A stretch of DNA of 64,000 bases from Ignavibacteriota bacterium (GTDB lineage Bacteria; Bacteroidota; Ignavibacteria; UBA10030; UBA6906), in NCBI GenBank assembly GCA_963801355.1, contig CAWDEM010000008.1, positions 2,880,001 through 2,944,000 on the forward strand, given 5' to 3'. The position numbers were made by a program, and so were the translations under genes. This document shows positions 10,519-20,313 of the stretch, piece after piece. The stretch's first letter is position 1; each line of letters begins with the position of its first letter. The notes below the pieces were generated by a model that was not told where the DNA came from, did not search any database, and saw nothing but the letters and a program-made list of their open reading frames with translations.

Positions 10519-13162
10519 CAGGTGTCAACTCCGTTTTTTCACTGATCGCTTCGAGAATACTCTTGCGGACCGCCGCCTGCTGCTCATGGTCGCGCACGGG
10601 GGCACCCTGGCGGTCCTGCACATAAAACGAGTCTACGATGCCATCGACACGGGTGGCGATTTTGGCGAAACAAATGTTCAGACCGAGACGGGAAATAGTC
10701 TCCGTGACCCGGTAGAGGAATCCCACCGAATCCGGCGCATAGACGTCGATGATTGTATAGTCCGCGGTGTCTTCGAACGTGACGTCGGTGCGGATGAAGG
10801 GATTGGCGGGCGAGTGCCCCCGGCGGCGGCGCCATTTCCGGTGATGCGCACTGAAGAGCTGAGCAGGCTCGATCCGGCCCGTGACCAGGGCACGCAAATC
10901 CTCCGCCACTTTGAGGCACACCTGCTCGTCGAGTTGCCGGTGTCCGGTCTTGGCGGTAACGCGGAAGCGGTCGATCACAATCCCATCACTGCGCGTGAAG
11001 ATGGAAGCATCAAATATGTTGGCGTCGTTCGCGGCCAGCACCGCACAGAACCTGGAGAGGGCGAACGGGGCGTCATGACCGATCACGGTCACGTCGGTGT
11101 ATGCATCGTGGTGCCGGAAGAGCACCGAGACGTCTTCGAGTTCCCCGATGGTCCGGATGTGGTCTGCGATTTCCTCGGGCGGGAACACCGCCGGATAGGC
11201 GCCGCTGGAGATGCCCTCAAGATGAGACGAGGTGACCTCTCCCGGGAGCGCGCCGGCGAGGGCGGCGCTGACACCGGCGGCGGCGTCTGCGCGCTGGTCC
11301 GCCTGGAACCGGTTGATTTCCTCCCCGTGAAGATGCCGGCGGAGGATTTCCGCCGTCTGGCGGTACAGCTCGTAGAGGAGCGCGGCCTTCCATTCAGTCC
11401 AGACCCCCGGGTTGACGGCGGAGAGGTCGGCATAGGTGAGAACGTAGAGGTAATCGAGAAGGGCCGGCCTGGTGAACCGCGTGGCGAAATCGCGCAGCGT
11501 TGCGGGGTCATGGATGTTCCGGCGGAATGCCGTTTGCTCCATGATCAGATGATGGCGCACCAGAAAGCCAACATCATCGGCGAGCCCGGCCGCGCCGAGT
11601 CGCGTGAGAACCTTTCGCGCAATTTCCACCCCTGTCACCTCATGATCGGCGACACCCAGAGGCTTGGCGATGTCGTGCAGCAGCAGTGCAAAGTAAAACA
11701 CTTCCTTGTCCGGCAACTGCCGGAACACATCGCCGAGGGGTCCCGGAGCATCGTTCAACCGCTCGGCGCTGGCGATCGCAATGAGGGTGTGTTCGTCGGC
11801 GGTATAATAGTGGTACATGTTGTGTTGGAAAAAAGCGACCAGCGCATCGTATTCCGGAAGGTACCGGCCCAGCAGTCCGGTCTCGGCCATGAGACGCAGT
11901 GTCGCACCCACACGCGGCGAGCGCAGGATATGCCGGAAGGACTCGGCGAGCGCGGGCGATTCGATGTCTCCGGGATGTATGCATTCAAGACTCCGTTCTA
12001 TCGTCGCGCGCGCATCGAAACCAAACTCCGCTTTTTCCTCCGCCGCCCGGCGGAGGAGTGCAAAGAGCTTCCCGGCGGAGGTGTATGCCTTGAAACTCGG
12101 GGGCACAATAACATTCCCGACGTGCAGAAACGGCTCGTCCTGAGTCACGGTGAGAGGAGGAGCGGAGGGTGCATGCGGCTCGAGATTCTGCCGGAACCGG
12201 TGCGCAAGCGACCGGTGCAGCCTGTGCACCGTGCGTGCATGCTGATAGTAGTCGGTCATGAATACCTCAACCGACCGTTTCCCCGCCTGATCACCGTAAC
12301 CAAGCCCGGCCGCCACGTCGCGCTGCAGGGTATATTCCAGGGTATCATCCGCCATGCCGCGGAGGAAATGCATTTCGTGCCTGACGCGGAGGAGGAACGA
12401 AAACGCCTCCAGAAGGCGTTGGGCGTCCTCCTGCCCGAGAACACCCCGCGTTTCCAGGATGTGGATCAATTCTTCGGTGGCGGGCACCCCGGAATCAGAA
12501 AGGAAAGGGATCCCGTCCTGAACACCCCGGTAGAGCCAGACCAGCGCATGCAGGTCGCGAAGCCCCCCGGCGCTCTTCTTGATGTTGGGTTCAAGCAGCT
12601 TGACGGAATTGCCGAATCGCTCATGTCTGCTCCGCACATCCTCATACACCCCGCCGATCAGCCAGGGATCGGGCGTTGTGCCGGATACCGAGGCAAGAGC
12701 GTCGGCAAGAACCCGTGCCGTGGCCGGATTCCCGCATACCAGACGCGATTCCAGCGCGGATGTCCAGGCGTCGAGTGTTTTCCCCTGGAGCGCCAGGACC
12801 TCGTCCACGGTCCGCACGCTGTGGCCGACTGTCAGACCTGCGTCCCAGAGCAAGTGGAGAAAACCGGTCGCCGCGCCCTGCTTCTGCTCGCGGGACATCG
12901 ACGTGCCGCACAGGACCATGACATCGACGTCAGAATGGGGGCAGAGCTCATTCCGGCCGTACCCTCCGGTTGCGAGGATGGCACACTGTTCCTGGAGGTC
13001 GGAGGGAACGCCCCGCACAAACGCGGTCGTGAGAGCCTTATCGGTAAGAAGCGTGAGAGAGCGCGCGGTGACCCGGCCATCAGCCCCGTTATGATGTTGC
13101 CTGGCAATTTCCTGCCTTCCCGTGCCCAAAAACTGCCGGATGCCGGCTGCGGATTCATTCAT
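10481..13162 (-). CDS. glnD: [Protein-PII] uridylyltransferase/uridylyl-removing enzyme
   Basis: GGYGRNELCPHSDVD, EPNIKKSAGGLRD, YHYYTADEH, HD domain LLHDIAK, two C-terminal ACT domains (AKIATRVDGIVDSFYV). Confidence 0.92.
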   Translation of the reverse strand: MNESAAGIRQFLGTGRQEIARQHHNGADGRVTARSLTLLTDKALTTAFVRGVPSDLQEQCAILATGGYGRNELCPHSDVDVMVLCGTSMSREQKQGAATGFLHLLWDAGLTVGHSVRTVDEVLALQGKTLDAWTSALESRLVCGNPATARVLADALASVSGTTPDPWLIGGVYEDVRSRHERFGNSVKLLEPNIKKSAGGLRDLHALVWLYRGVQDGIPFLSDSGVPATEELIHILETRGVLGQEDAQRLLEAFSFLLRVRHEMHFLRGMADDTLEYTLQRDVAAGLGYGDQAGKRSVEVFMTDYYQHARTVHRLHRSLAHRFRQNLEPHAPSAPPLTVTQDEPFLHVGNVIVPPSFKAYTSAGKLFALLRRAAEEKAEFGFDARATIERSLECIHPGDIESPALAESFRHILRSPRVGATLRLMAETGLLGRYLPEYDALVAFFQHNMYHYYTADEHTLIAIASAERLNDAPGPLGDVFRQLPDKEVFYFALLLHDIAKPLGVADHEVTGVEIARKVLTRLGAAGLADDVGFLVRHHLIMEQTAFRRNIHDPATLRDFATRFTRPALLDYLYVLTYADLSAVNPGVWTEWKAALLYELYRQTAEILRRHLHGEEINRFQADQRADAAAGVSAALAGALPGEVTSSHLEGISSGAYPAVFPPEEIADHIRTIGELEDVSVLFRHHDAYTDVTVIGHDAPFALSRFCAVLAANDANIFDASIFTRSDGIVIDRFRVTAKTGHRQLDEQVCLKVAEDLRALVTGRIEPAQLFSAHHRKWRRRRGHSPANPFIRTDVTFEDTADYTIIDVYAPDSVGFLYRVTETISRLGLNICFAKIATRVDGIVDSFYVQDRQGAPVRDHEQQAAVRKSILEAISEKTELTPDERSTAKTHRRL

Positions 13163-13167
13163 GACTA

Positions 13168-13196
13168 AATATACCGAATGCGGGCGGGAGATTCAA
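13168..13196 (-). promoter_or_regulatory. sigma70-type promoter of glnD (probably leaderless)
   Basis: TTGAAT-17 nt-TATATT, only 5 nt before ATG 13162; no SD. Confidence 0.6.
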
Positions 13197-13276
13197 CGAA
13201 TCACCGGGGGGCAGATTCAACGTGGGCAGATTCATCGAGTCACCGGGCGGGAGAGCAGCGAATCACCGGGTGGGAT
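13180..13276. repeat. Degenerate ~15-24 bp tandem repeat in the divergent intergenic region
   Basis: Units gggcgggagattcaacgaatcacc / ggggggcagattcaacgt / gggcagattcatcgagtcacc / gggcgggagagcagcgaatcacc. Confidence 0.65.
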
Positions 13277-13290
13277 CCCGGCGGCAGGGA

Positions 13291-13319
13291 TTGCGCGTGG
13301 TCCCGGGAATCTCTATATT
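13291..13319 (+). promoter_or_regulatory. sigma70-type promoter
   Basis: TTGCGC-17 nt-TATATT upstream of ATG 13357. Confidence 0.55.
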
Positions 13320-13356
13320 TGTTCCGGCAGTCATCCCATCACCAGTCGAGGACACC

Positions 13357-13626
13357 ATGGAACAGCAGCTCCCGCTTGGCCAGCCGCAAAACGCCGCACC
13401 GATGAGCACGAAAGATTGGGTCATTACTCTGCTCATCAGCTACATTCCGCTTGTCGGCCTCATCATGCTCATCGTCTGGGCCTTTGACAGCAGCACCCCC
13501 GCGAACAAGAAGAACTGGGCCAAGGCGTCGCTCATATGGATGTTGATCGGCATTGTCATCGCCGTCATCTTCTTTGCCGTATTCATGAGTGTCTTTATGG
13601 GTGCGATGTCGTCCTTCGAATCCTGA
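13357..13626 (+). CDS. Small conserved-type membrane protein (2 TM)
   Basis: GAGG RBS; PMSTKDWVITLLISYIPLVGLIMLIVWAF...NKKNWAKASLIW. Confidence 0.8.
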   Translation: MEQQLPLGQPQNAAPMSTKDWVITLLISYIPLVGLIMLIVWAFDSSTPANKKNWAKASLIWMLIGIVIAVIFFAVFMSVFMGAMSSFES

Positions 13627-13637
13627 GTTACCGAACC

Positions 13638-13672
13638 AGTGGGGTGGCCGTCACCGCCGCCCCACTTCGTTC
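13638..13672 (+). terminator. Probable intrinsic terminator
   Basis: AGTGGGGTGGC / GCCGCCCCACT stem (one G-U pair) followed by a pyrimidine tract. Confidence 0.55.
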
Positions 13673-13718
13673 TCTCTCCACTTTCCTCCTCTATGTTCTC
13701 TCTCCACTTTCCTCCTCT
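13669..13718. repeat. Exact 24-bp direct duplication
   Basis: gttctctctccactttcctcctct at 13669-13692 and 13695-13718. Confidence 0.85.
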
Positions 13719-13747
13719 TTGCGTCCTTCCCCATATTTTTCTATGTT
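13719..13747 (+). promoter_or_regulatory. sigma70-type promoter of the orf-hypAB unit (probably leaderless)
   Basis: TTGCGT-17 nt-TATGTT, 6 nt before ATG 13754. Confidence 0.55.
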
Positions 13748-13753
13748 ACGATC

Positions 13754-14203
13754 ATGGAGACTTCCTCCACAAAGGTCATCGCCCTGGTGCTCTGTCTGCG
13801 CGCATTCCCGGAAATCGCGTTGGGGCAGACGCGCGACGGAATCTTCGGACACCCGTGGGGTACTCCCCTCGCCGCCGTTGCTGAACCTCTCGCCCTGCGT
13901 ACTCCACGCTTCGAAGGAAACACCGCTCTCTACGCAACCGCCGTGCATGAGATCGGCGACGTCCGGATCGACGAGTGCCAGATCGAATTTGTCAACGGCA
14001 AACTCGCCGGTGTCATCGTGACGACACGAGGCGCAGACAACTCCGGCCGCCTGCTCGCACTTCTGCAACACTGGTACGGCGAAGGGCAGAGCCGTCATCC
14101 GGACGCACGAACATGGAGGACTGCGGAGACTCACGCCTCCTATGATCTCGATACCTTCGGTGATGCGTACGCATACTGGTATTCTCTGCAATTACAGAAG
14201 TGA
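13754..14203 (+). CDS. Hypothetical, probably exported protein
   Basis: Signal-like KVIALVLCLRAFPEIALG, then DGIFGHPWGT; stops 4 nt before hypA. Confidence 0.65.
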   Translation: METSSTKVIALVLCLRAFPEIALGQTRDGIFGHPWGTPLAAVAEPLALRTPRFEGNTALYATAVHEIGDVRIDECQIEFVNGKLAGVIVTTRGADNSGRLLALLQHWYGEGQSRHPDARTWRTAETHASYDLDTFGDAYAYWYSLQLQK

Positions 14204-14207
14204 ACAC

Positions 14208-14570
14208 TTGCACGAGCTCTCCATAGCCCAGAGTATTGTCGATATCGTCGGCCAGTACGTCCCGCCGGCAGAGCAGGAGCGCGTGCGTAAGGTCACGGTG
14301 CGCCTCGGCGCACTGGCCGGTGTCGTCCCTGACTCGCTCGCATTTTGTTTCACTGCGGTTATCCATCATACGCCCCTTGAGAATGCGGTGATGGAAATGG
14401 AGCATGTCCCATTCACGGTGGCCTGCCATTCCTGCAACCGCACGTCCGCGACGGAGCCGGGCATTGTCCTCTGCCCCCTGTGTGGATCGAGCGATACGGA
14501 CATCATCTCGGGAACCGAACTGCAGGTGGTCTCACTCGAAGTGGATGAATCAGCACCGGGTGCCCAATGA
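14208..14570 (+). CDS. hypA: Hydrogenase nickel metallochaperone HypA
   Basis: TTG start giving (M)HELSIAQSI; CHSC and CPLC zinc site; SGTELQVVSLEVD. Confidence 0.93.
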   Translation: MHELSIAQSIVDIVGQYVPPAEQERVRKVTVRLGALAGVVPDSLAFCFTAVIHHTPLENAVMEMEHVPFTVACHSCNRTSATEPGIVLCPLCGSSDTDIISGTELQVVSLEVDESAPGAQ

Positions 14571-15229
14571 GCATCATTACGATCGAACGAAAAGTTCTGG
14601 AAAAGAATGACGAGGTGGCCCGTCAGAACCGGGCACTGTTTGCCGACCATGGGATCTTCGTGCTCAACATGGTGAGTTCTCCGGGAGCGGGCAAGACCAG
14701 CATTCTGGAACGGACCCTTGAGGAATTGCGTGACAGGCTCCGTATCGCAATCATCGAAGGAGATGTGCAGACGGATCTGGACGCCCTGCGTGTGGCGAAG
14801 TACAACGTCCCGGCCGTGCAAATTCTCACAAGAGGCGGCTGCCACCTCGAGGCGAATCTGGTGCGGGAGGCAATCGGCAACCTCTCACTGGACAGCATCG
14901 ACCTGCTGATCATCGAGAACGTCGGCAACCTGGTCTGTCCTTCCAACTACGATCTGGGTGAAGCAATGAAAGTGGTGGTCGCAAGCACCACCGAAGGTGA
15001 TGACAAGCCGCTGAAGTATCCGGCCATGTTCCGGAATTCCTCTGTTCTTATTATCAACAAGATCGACCTCATCCCGTACGTTCCCTGTGATCTCGGTGCC
15101 CTGAAAGACAACGCACTGCGCATCAATCCTTCGCTCACGGTCTTTGAGGTCTCCTGCACAAAGAAACTGGGGATAACACCCTGGTGCGAATGGCTGCTCG
15201 AGAACACCAGCCAGAAGCCGGCATCGTAA
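14567..15229 (+). CDS. hypB: Hydrogenase nickel incorporation GTPase HypB
   Basis: SSPGAGKT, CHLEA, ENVGNLVCP, EGDDKPLKYP, NKIDL. Confidence 0.95.
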   Translation: MSIITIERKVLEKNDEVARQNRALFADHGIFVLNMVSSPGAGKTSILERTLEELRDRLRIAIIEGDVQTDLDALRVAKYNVPAVQILTRGGCHLEANLVREAIGNLSLDSIDLLIIENVGNLVCPSNYDLGEAMKVVVASTTEGDDKPLKYPAMFRNSSVLIINKIDLIPYVPCDLGALKDNALRINPSLTVFEVSCTKKLGITPWCEWLLENTSQKPAS

Positions 15230-15243
15230 ATTTATTCCACACC

Positions 15244-15255
15244 TGCGTTTTCGCA
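15244..15255. promoter_or_regulatory. Candidate upstream activator site for the hoxE sigma54 promoter
   Basis: Palindrome TGCG-TTTT-CGCA about 70-80 bp upstream of the -24 element. Confidence 0.35.
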
Positions 15256-15323
15256 AATCTGACAACACAGGAAGGATTGGTCTCGAGAAACGTCGAATAA
15301 CTCCCGTTTTGGGGGTTGCGACG

Positions 15324-15338
15324 TGGCATGGCTCTTGC
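15324..15338 (+). promoter_or_regulatory. sigma54 (-24/-12) promoter of hoxEFUYH
   Basis: TGGCAT-GGCTC-TTGC fits TGGCAY-N5-TTGC; intergenic, correct orientation. Confidence 0.75.
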
Positions 15339-15405
15339 GTCACCACCTTGAAGCAGCCGCTCTTTCTCCAAGGACTCACTTTCGAACCAACGAATACCGC
15401 AGAGC

Positions 15406-15924
15406 ATGCCATCAACGACGACACACCAACAGCATCCCAGCGGTGATAACCGGTTCAAGTTACTGGACCGCGCGATCACCAAGCACCAGGGACGCGGCGA
15501 CGCGCTCATCGAAGTGCTGCACGCCGCACAGGGTATTTTCGGTTTTCTCGAGAACGACCTTCTCATTTATGTCGCCCGCGCACTGAAACTGCCTCTCAGC
15601 AGGGTGTACGGCGTGGCGACATTCTATCACTTCTTCACCCTCAAGCCGAAGGGTAAGCACACCTTCGTCCTTTGCACCGGCACCGCATGCTACGTCAAAG
15701 GTGCGGCACACATCCAGCATGCGGCAGAAGAGTGCTGCAAGGTGAAATTCGGGCAGACAACCCCCGACGACAAGATCTCGCTTGTGTCGGCCCGCTGTGT
15801 CGGCTCCTGCGGACTTGCACCGGTCGCAGTCCTCGACAACCGGGTTGCCGGGAAGCTCACGCCGGCCAGCGCGGTGGAACGCCTGAAGGCATGGCAACAA
15901 CAACCCGATGAGGTGACCGCATGA
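15406..15924 (+). CDS. hoxE: Bidirectional hydrogenase diaphorase subunit HoxE (NuoE-like, 2Fe-2S)
   Basis: [41 protein letters not shown]. Confidence 0.92.
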   Translation: MPSTTTHQQHPSGDNRFKLLDRAITKHQGRGDALIEVLHAAQGIFGFLENDLLIYVARALKLPLSRVYGVATFYHFFTLKPKGKHTFVLCTGTACYVKGAAHIQHAAEECCKVKFGQTTPDDKISLVSARCVGSCGLAPVAVLDNRVAGKLTPASAVERLKAWQQQPDEVTA

Positions 15925-17573
15925 CTGTGGAAGATCTTCAGGAACTTGCGGAACAGGAGCAGCGGCGTCAGCAACAGTTCACGCACAGGATCATGTATTG
16001 TGCCGCCGCCGGGTGTGTTTCCTGCGGCAGTGTCAATGTCCGCGACATGATCAAGAAGGCGTTGCAGGAAAAGGACCTTGCGGCGAAGGTGGAAGTGATC
16101 GGCACGGGCTGCATGGGCTTGTGCGGCGAAGGCCCCCTCGTGAAAATCCTGCCCGACAACACGCTGTATCAGCGCGTGGATGAAGCGGTGGCCCGCCGCA
16201 TCGTTGAAGAACATCTCGTGGGCGGCACAAAGCTGGAAGACCACATGGCCGACACCGCGCATCCCTTCTTTGCCGAACAGGTGAAGGTCGTACTGGAGAA
16301 CTGCGGCCGCATCGACGCAGAACGCATCGAGGAGTACATTGCCGTCGGCGGTTACGACGCCCTCGCAAAAGCCGTCACGGAATTGCAGCCGGGCGAGGTG
16401 ATCGAAGAAGTGCGCAAGAGCGGTCTCCGCGGCAGGGGCGGCGCCGGATACCCGACGGGCCTCAAATGGGGCATCGTCCGCAAGGTCGCCAGCGATACCA
16501 AGTATGTGATCTGCAACGCCGACGAAGGGGACCCCGGCGCGTTCATGGACCGGAGTGTGCTTGAAGGAGATCCGCACAGGATCCTGGAAGGAATGGCCAT
16601 CGCCGGTTACGCCGTCGGCGCGCAGCAGGGATTCGTGTACGTGCGCGCGGAATACCCGCTGGCGATCGACCGGCTCAAGAGCGCAATCAAACAAGCCGAA
16701 CGCCTCGGCTTGCTGGGCCACCGCATTTTCGAATCGCAATTCAATTTCCGCATCGATCTGCGCATCGGTGCAGGAGCGTTTGTGTGCGGCGAAGAAACAG
16801 CGCTCATCCGATCGATCGAAGGACGCCGCGGACGTCCCCGCCCGCGCCCCCCCTATCCTTCGGAAAAGGGACTCTGGGGCATGCCCACGCTCCTGAACAA
16901 CGTGGAGACCTTTGCCAACATTGCACCCATTATCGCACGCGGCGGCGCATGGTTTACCGGCATCGGCACACCGAAGAGCCCGGGGACCAAAGTATTCGCA
17001 CTCGCAGGCGAGATCCGCAATACGGGATTGATTGAAGTCCCGATGGGCATCCCCCTCCGCAAAATCGTCTTCGACATGGGGGGCGGCACCCCGGAAGGGA
17101 CTGAATTCAAAGCCGCCCAGACCGGCGGACCGTCGGGCGGATGCATCCCGAAGGAACATGTCGACATACCCGTGGACTACGAGTCCCTCACCACGCTCGG
17201 ATCCATCATGGGCAGCGGCGGCATGATCATCATGAACTCCACGTCCAATATGGTGGATGTGGCGAGGTATTTCATGGACTTCTGCCGCGATGAGTCGTGC
17301 GGGAAATGTGTCCCCTGCCGCGTCGGCACCGTCCATATCCACGGCCTGCTTGACAAAATCGCCAAAGGCAAGGGTACGGCAGATGACCTGGCCATACTGG
17401 AAGAGCTGTGTGTCATGGTGAAAGAGACCAGTCTCTGCGGCCTCGGTCAATCGGCGCCCAACCCGGTCCTCTCAACGCTCCGTTTCTTCCGCCACGAGTA
17501 CGAGGCACTCCTGAAACCGGTGGAGACCTTCGTCGCTTCGGGCAACGGACACGACACGACTTCGCACGCATAG
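15921..17573 (+). CDS. hoxF: Bidirectional hydrogenase diaphorase subunit HoxF (NuoF-like)
   Basis: [44 protein letters not shown]. Confidence 0.92.
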   Translation: MTVEDLQELAEQEQRRQQQFTHRIMYCAAAGCVSCGSVNVRDMIKKALQEKDLAAKVEVIGTGCMGLCGEGPLVKILPDNTLYQRVDEAVARRIVEEHLVGGTKLEDHMADTAHPFFAEQVKVVLENCGRIDAERIEEYIAVGGYDALAKAVTELQPGEVIEEVRKSGLRGRGGAGYPTGLKWGIVRKVASDTKYVICNADEGDPGAFMDRSVLEGDPHRILEGMAIAGYAVGAQQGFVYVRAEYPLAIDRLKSAIKQAERLGLLGHRIFESQFNFRIDLRIGAGAFVCGEETALIRSIEGRRGRPRPRPPYPSEKGLWGMPTLLNNVETFANIAPIIARGGAWFTGIGTPKSPGTKVFALAGEIRNTGLIEVPMGIPLRKIVFDMGGGTPEGTEFKAAQTGGPSGGCIPKEHVDIPVDYESLTTLGSIMGSGGMIIMNSTSNMVDVARYFMDFCRDESCGKCVPCRVGTVHIHGLLDKIAKGKGTADDLAILEELCVMVKETSLCGLGQSAPNPVLSTLRFFRHEYEALLKPVETFVASGNGHDTTSHA

Positions 17574-17586
17574 CAGGAACACACCC

Positions 17587-18321
17587 ATGGCTATCGTTAC
17601 ACTCACCATCAACGGCGAACAGGTAAGCGCGAAGGATGACGAGACGCTCCTGCAGATCGCCCGACAGCACAAGATCGACATCCTGACATTATGCCATCTC
17701 GACGGTCTTTCCGACGTGGGCGCCTGCCGGCTCTGCCTGGTGGAGATTGAGGGATCAAACAAGCTCGTGCCGGCCTGCACCGCACGCCCCATTGAGGGCA
17801 TGGTGGTGCGTACCGATACCGAACGCCTCAAGAAGTACCGCAGAATGATCATTGCGCTCCTCGCGTCCGAGGGCAATCACCAGTGTGCGGTCTGTATGGT
17901 GAACAACCACTGCGAACTGCAGAATCTGGCGTATGACGTCGGGCTGCTGTACGTGCGGGTGCCGTACCTGTACAACCAGAAAAAGATCGACGCCTCGCAC
18001 GAAACCTTCATCATCGACCGTAACCGCTGCGTGCTCTGTACCCGGTGCGTCCGCGTGTGCCACGAGGTCGAAGGGGCGCATGTGTGGGACATTGCCGGGC
18101 GCGGCATCGACTGCGAAATCATCGCCGACCTCAACCAGCCGTGGGGATCGTCCGAGAGTTGCACCTCCTGCGGGAAGTGCGTGCTCGTGTGCCCCACGGG
18201 AGCCCTGGTGAAAAAAGGCGAGAGCGTAGCGGAGATGGAAAAGCAAACGCAGTTCCTGAAGTATATTGTCACCGCCCGCAGCAAGGGCGAGTGGATCAGT
18301 TTCGAACAAAACGAAGAGTAA
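17587..18321 (+). CDS. hoxU: Bidirectional hydrogenase subunit HoxU (NuoG N-terminal-like)
   Basis: [35 protein letters not shown]. Confidence 0.92.
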   Translation: MAIVTLTINGEQVSAKDDETLLQIARQHKIDILTLCHLDGLSDVGACRLCLVEIEGSNKLVPACTARPIEGMVVRTDTERLKKYRRMIIALLASEGNHQCAVCMVNNHCELQNLAYDVGLLYVRVPYLYNQKKIDASHETFIIDRNRCVLCTRCVRVCHEVEGAHVWDIAGRGIDCEIIADLNQPWGSSESCTSCGKCVLVCPTGALVKKGESVAEMEKQTQFLKYIVTARSKGEWISFEQNEE

Positions 18322-18338
18322 TCCTGAGATCCCCTACT

Positions 18339-18875
18339 ATGAAACCTCGAGTCGCAACAGTCTGGCTGGGCGGGTGTTCCGGCTGCCATATGTCCTTACT
18401 CGATCTGGACGAACGCCTGATCGAACTGGCTGAGAGGATGGAGCTGGTCTATTCGCCCATCGCCGATATTAAAGAGTTCCCGCGCGATGTTGACGTGACG
18501 CTGGTGGAAGGGGCTGTCGCCAACAACGAGCACGAGGAGATGGCCCATATCATACGCCGCAACTCCCGCTTCGTGATCTCGTTCGGCGATTGTGCGGTAA
18601 CGGGCAATGTCACCGCGATGCGCAACGGCCTGGACCCCGAGAATGTGCTCCATCGCTCCTACGTGGAACTCGCAGACACTACTCCCCGCATCCCCCGCGG
18701 GTATCCCACGATCGCAGAACTCCTCAAAGAAGCCCGGCCGCTGCACGAATTCGTCAGGGTCGACGCCTTCATTCATGGGTGCCCGCCCACCGCAGACCAG
18801 ATCTGGTCCGCCGTCAGCGAACTTCTGCAGGGAAGAACCCCGGCGTTGACCCATGTCTTCCTGCGGTACGGATGA
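18339..18875 (+). CDS. hoxY: [NiFe]-hydrogenase small subunit HoxY
   Basis: ATVWLGGCSGCHMS, FGDCAVTGNV, HGCPP. Confidence 0.92.
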   Translation: MKPRVATVWLGGCSGCHMSLLDLDERLIELAERMELVYSPIADIKEFPRDVDVTLVEGAVANNEHEEMAHIIRRNSRFVISFGDCAVTGNVTAMRNGLDPENVLHRSYVELADTTPRIPRGYPTIAELLKEARPLHEFVRVDAFIHGCPPTADQIWSAVSELLQGRTPALTHVFLRYG

Positions 18876-18888
18876 GAGGAGAGCGCAC

Positions 18889-20313
18889 ATGAACACCATT
18901 ACGATCAACCCCGTCACCCGTATTGAAGGCCATGCCAAGATCACCATACAGGTGGACGCCAAAGGCGTGGTGAAAGACGCCCGCTTTCACGTCAATGAAT
19001 TCCGCGGCTTCGAAAAGTTCTGCGAAGGCCGGCCGATGTGGGAAATGGGCGGCATAACCTCGCGGATCTGCGGCATCTGTCCCACAAGCCATCTGATCAC
19101 CTCCGCCAAGGCGGGGGATGCCATCCTTGCGGTGGCCATACCGGAGACCGCCGAAAAACTGCGCCGGATGATCACTCTGGCCCAGTGGCTCCAATCGCAT
19201 GCGTTGAGCTTTTTCCATCTTTCCTCCCCTGACTTTCTCCTCGGCTTCGATGCCGACCCGGCGAAAAGAAATATCATCGGCCTGATCGCCCACGATAAGG
19301 AATTTGCGAGACGGGGCATCCGTCTCAGGAAGTTCGGCCAGGAGATCATCGAGGTACTGGGCACGAGGAAGATCCACACGCCCTGGGCCGTTGCGGGCGG
19401 CGTGCGCGAGCCTTTCGACCCCGCGAAGCGCGACTATCTTCTCGGTTGGATACCGGAAGCCCGGGACACCGCCCTGATGGCCCTGGACACTCTCAAGAAG
19501 ATCCATGTCAAGTTTCAGAACGATATCCCCAATTTCGGAAACTTCCGCTCCCTGTTCGTCGGTCTCGTGGCGCCGGACGGCGCGCTGGAGTATTACGGCG
19601 GCCGGCTCCGCATTATGGATGGGGCGGGCAACGTGATCGCCGACAAGATCGATCCCGCAGAGTACCACGAACACTTTGGCGAAGCGACCGAGGATTGGTC
19701 ATACCTGAAATTCCCATACTACAAGCCGTTCGGGTACCCGAAGGGGATGTACCGGGTCGGCCCGCTCGCCCGGGTGAACATCTGTGACTACATCGATACC
19801 CCCCTCGCGGAAGGCGAACGCAAGCTGTTCAAGGCAATCGCCGGCGAGGCGGAAACGGTGAACAATTCCTTCTACTATCACTATGCCCGGCTGATCGAGA
19901 TCCTGTACTCCGTGGAGAAGATCGAGGCTCTCTTGAATGATCCGGCCATCCTCGGCCAGAACATCCGCGCCAGGGCAATGATCAATCAGACCCACGGGGT
20001 CGGCGCATGCGAGGCGCCGCGCGGAACACTCTTCCATGATTACACGGTCACCGATGACGGTCTCCTGCAGAAGGTCAACCTCGTCATTGCCACCGCACAG
20101 AACAACCTCGCGATGAATCGCACCGTACGCCAGCTGGCCATGCAGTATCTGGACGGGACGAAGTTGTCCGAAGGCATCTTGAACCGCATCGAGGCCGGCA
20201 TCCGCTGCTTTGATCCGTGCCTTTCCTGTTCGACGCATGCCATCGGGATGATGCCACTGCACGTGCAGGTGATCGATGAAGACCACCGCGTACTGTCCGA
20301 TCTCCGTCGATGA
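18889..20313 (+). CDS. hoxH: [NiFe]-hydrogenase large subunit HoxH (group 3d)
   Basis: PVTRIEGH, L1 RICGICPTSH, EAPRGTL, L2 DPCLSCSTH plus cleavable C-terminal tail. Confidence 0.94.
   Translation: MNTITINPVTRIEGHAKITIQVDAKGVVKDARFHVNEFRGFEKFCEGRPMWEMGGITSRICGICPTSHLITSAKAGDAILAVAIPETAEKLRRMITLAQWLQSHALSFFHLSSPDFLLGFDADPAKRNIIGLIAHDKEFARRGIRLRKFGQEIIEVLGTRKIHTPWAVAGGVREPFDPAKRDYLLGWIPEARDTALMALDTLKKIHVKFQNDIPNFGNFRSLFVGLVAPDGALEYYGGRLRIMDGAGNVIADKIDPAEYHEHFGEATEDWSYLKFPYYKPFGYPKGMYRVGPLARVNICDYIDTPLAEGERKLFKAIAGEAETVNNSFYYHYARLIEILYSVEKIEALLNDPAILGQNIRARAMINQTHGVGACEAPRGTLFHDYTVTDDGLLQKVNLVIATAQNNLAMNRTVRQLAMQYLDGTKLSEGILNRIEAGIRCFDPCLSCSTHAIGMMPLHVQVIDEDHRVLSDLRR

Noticed and set aside
10418-13168. 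916-aa plus-strand ORF antisense to glnD
   Set aside because: Shadow ORF expected from GC-rich codon bias; almost exactly co-extensive with glnD and has no recognisable motifs
15690-17450. 586-aa ORF antisense to hoxF (likewise 7852-9225, 32512-33861, 41260-42573)
   Set aside because: Antisense to well-supported genes; no independent coding signal
15406-18321. nuoEFG of respiratory complex I
   Set aside because: Short HoxU, adjacent hoxYH and hyp genes, and no membrane Nuo subunits
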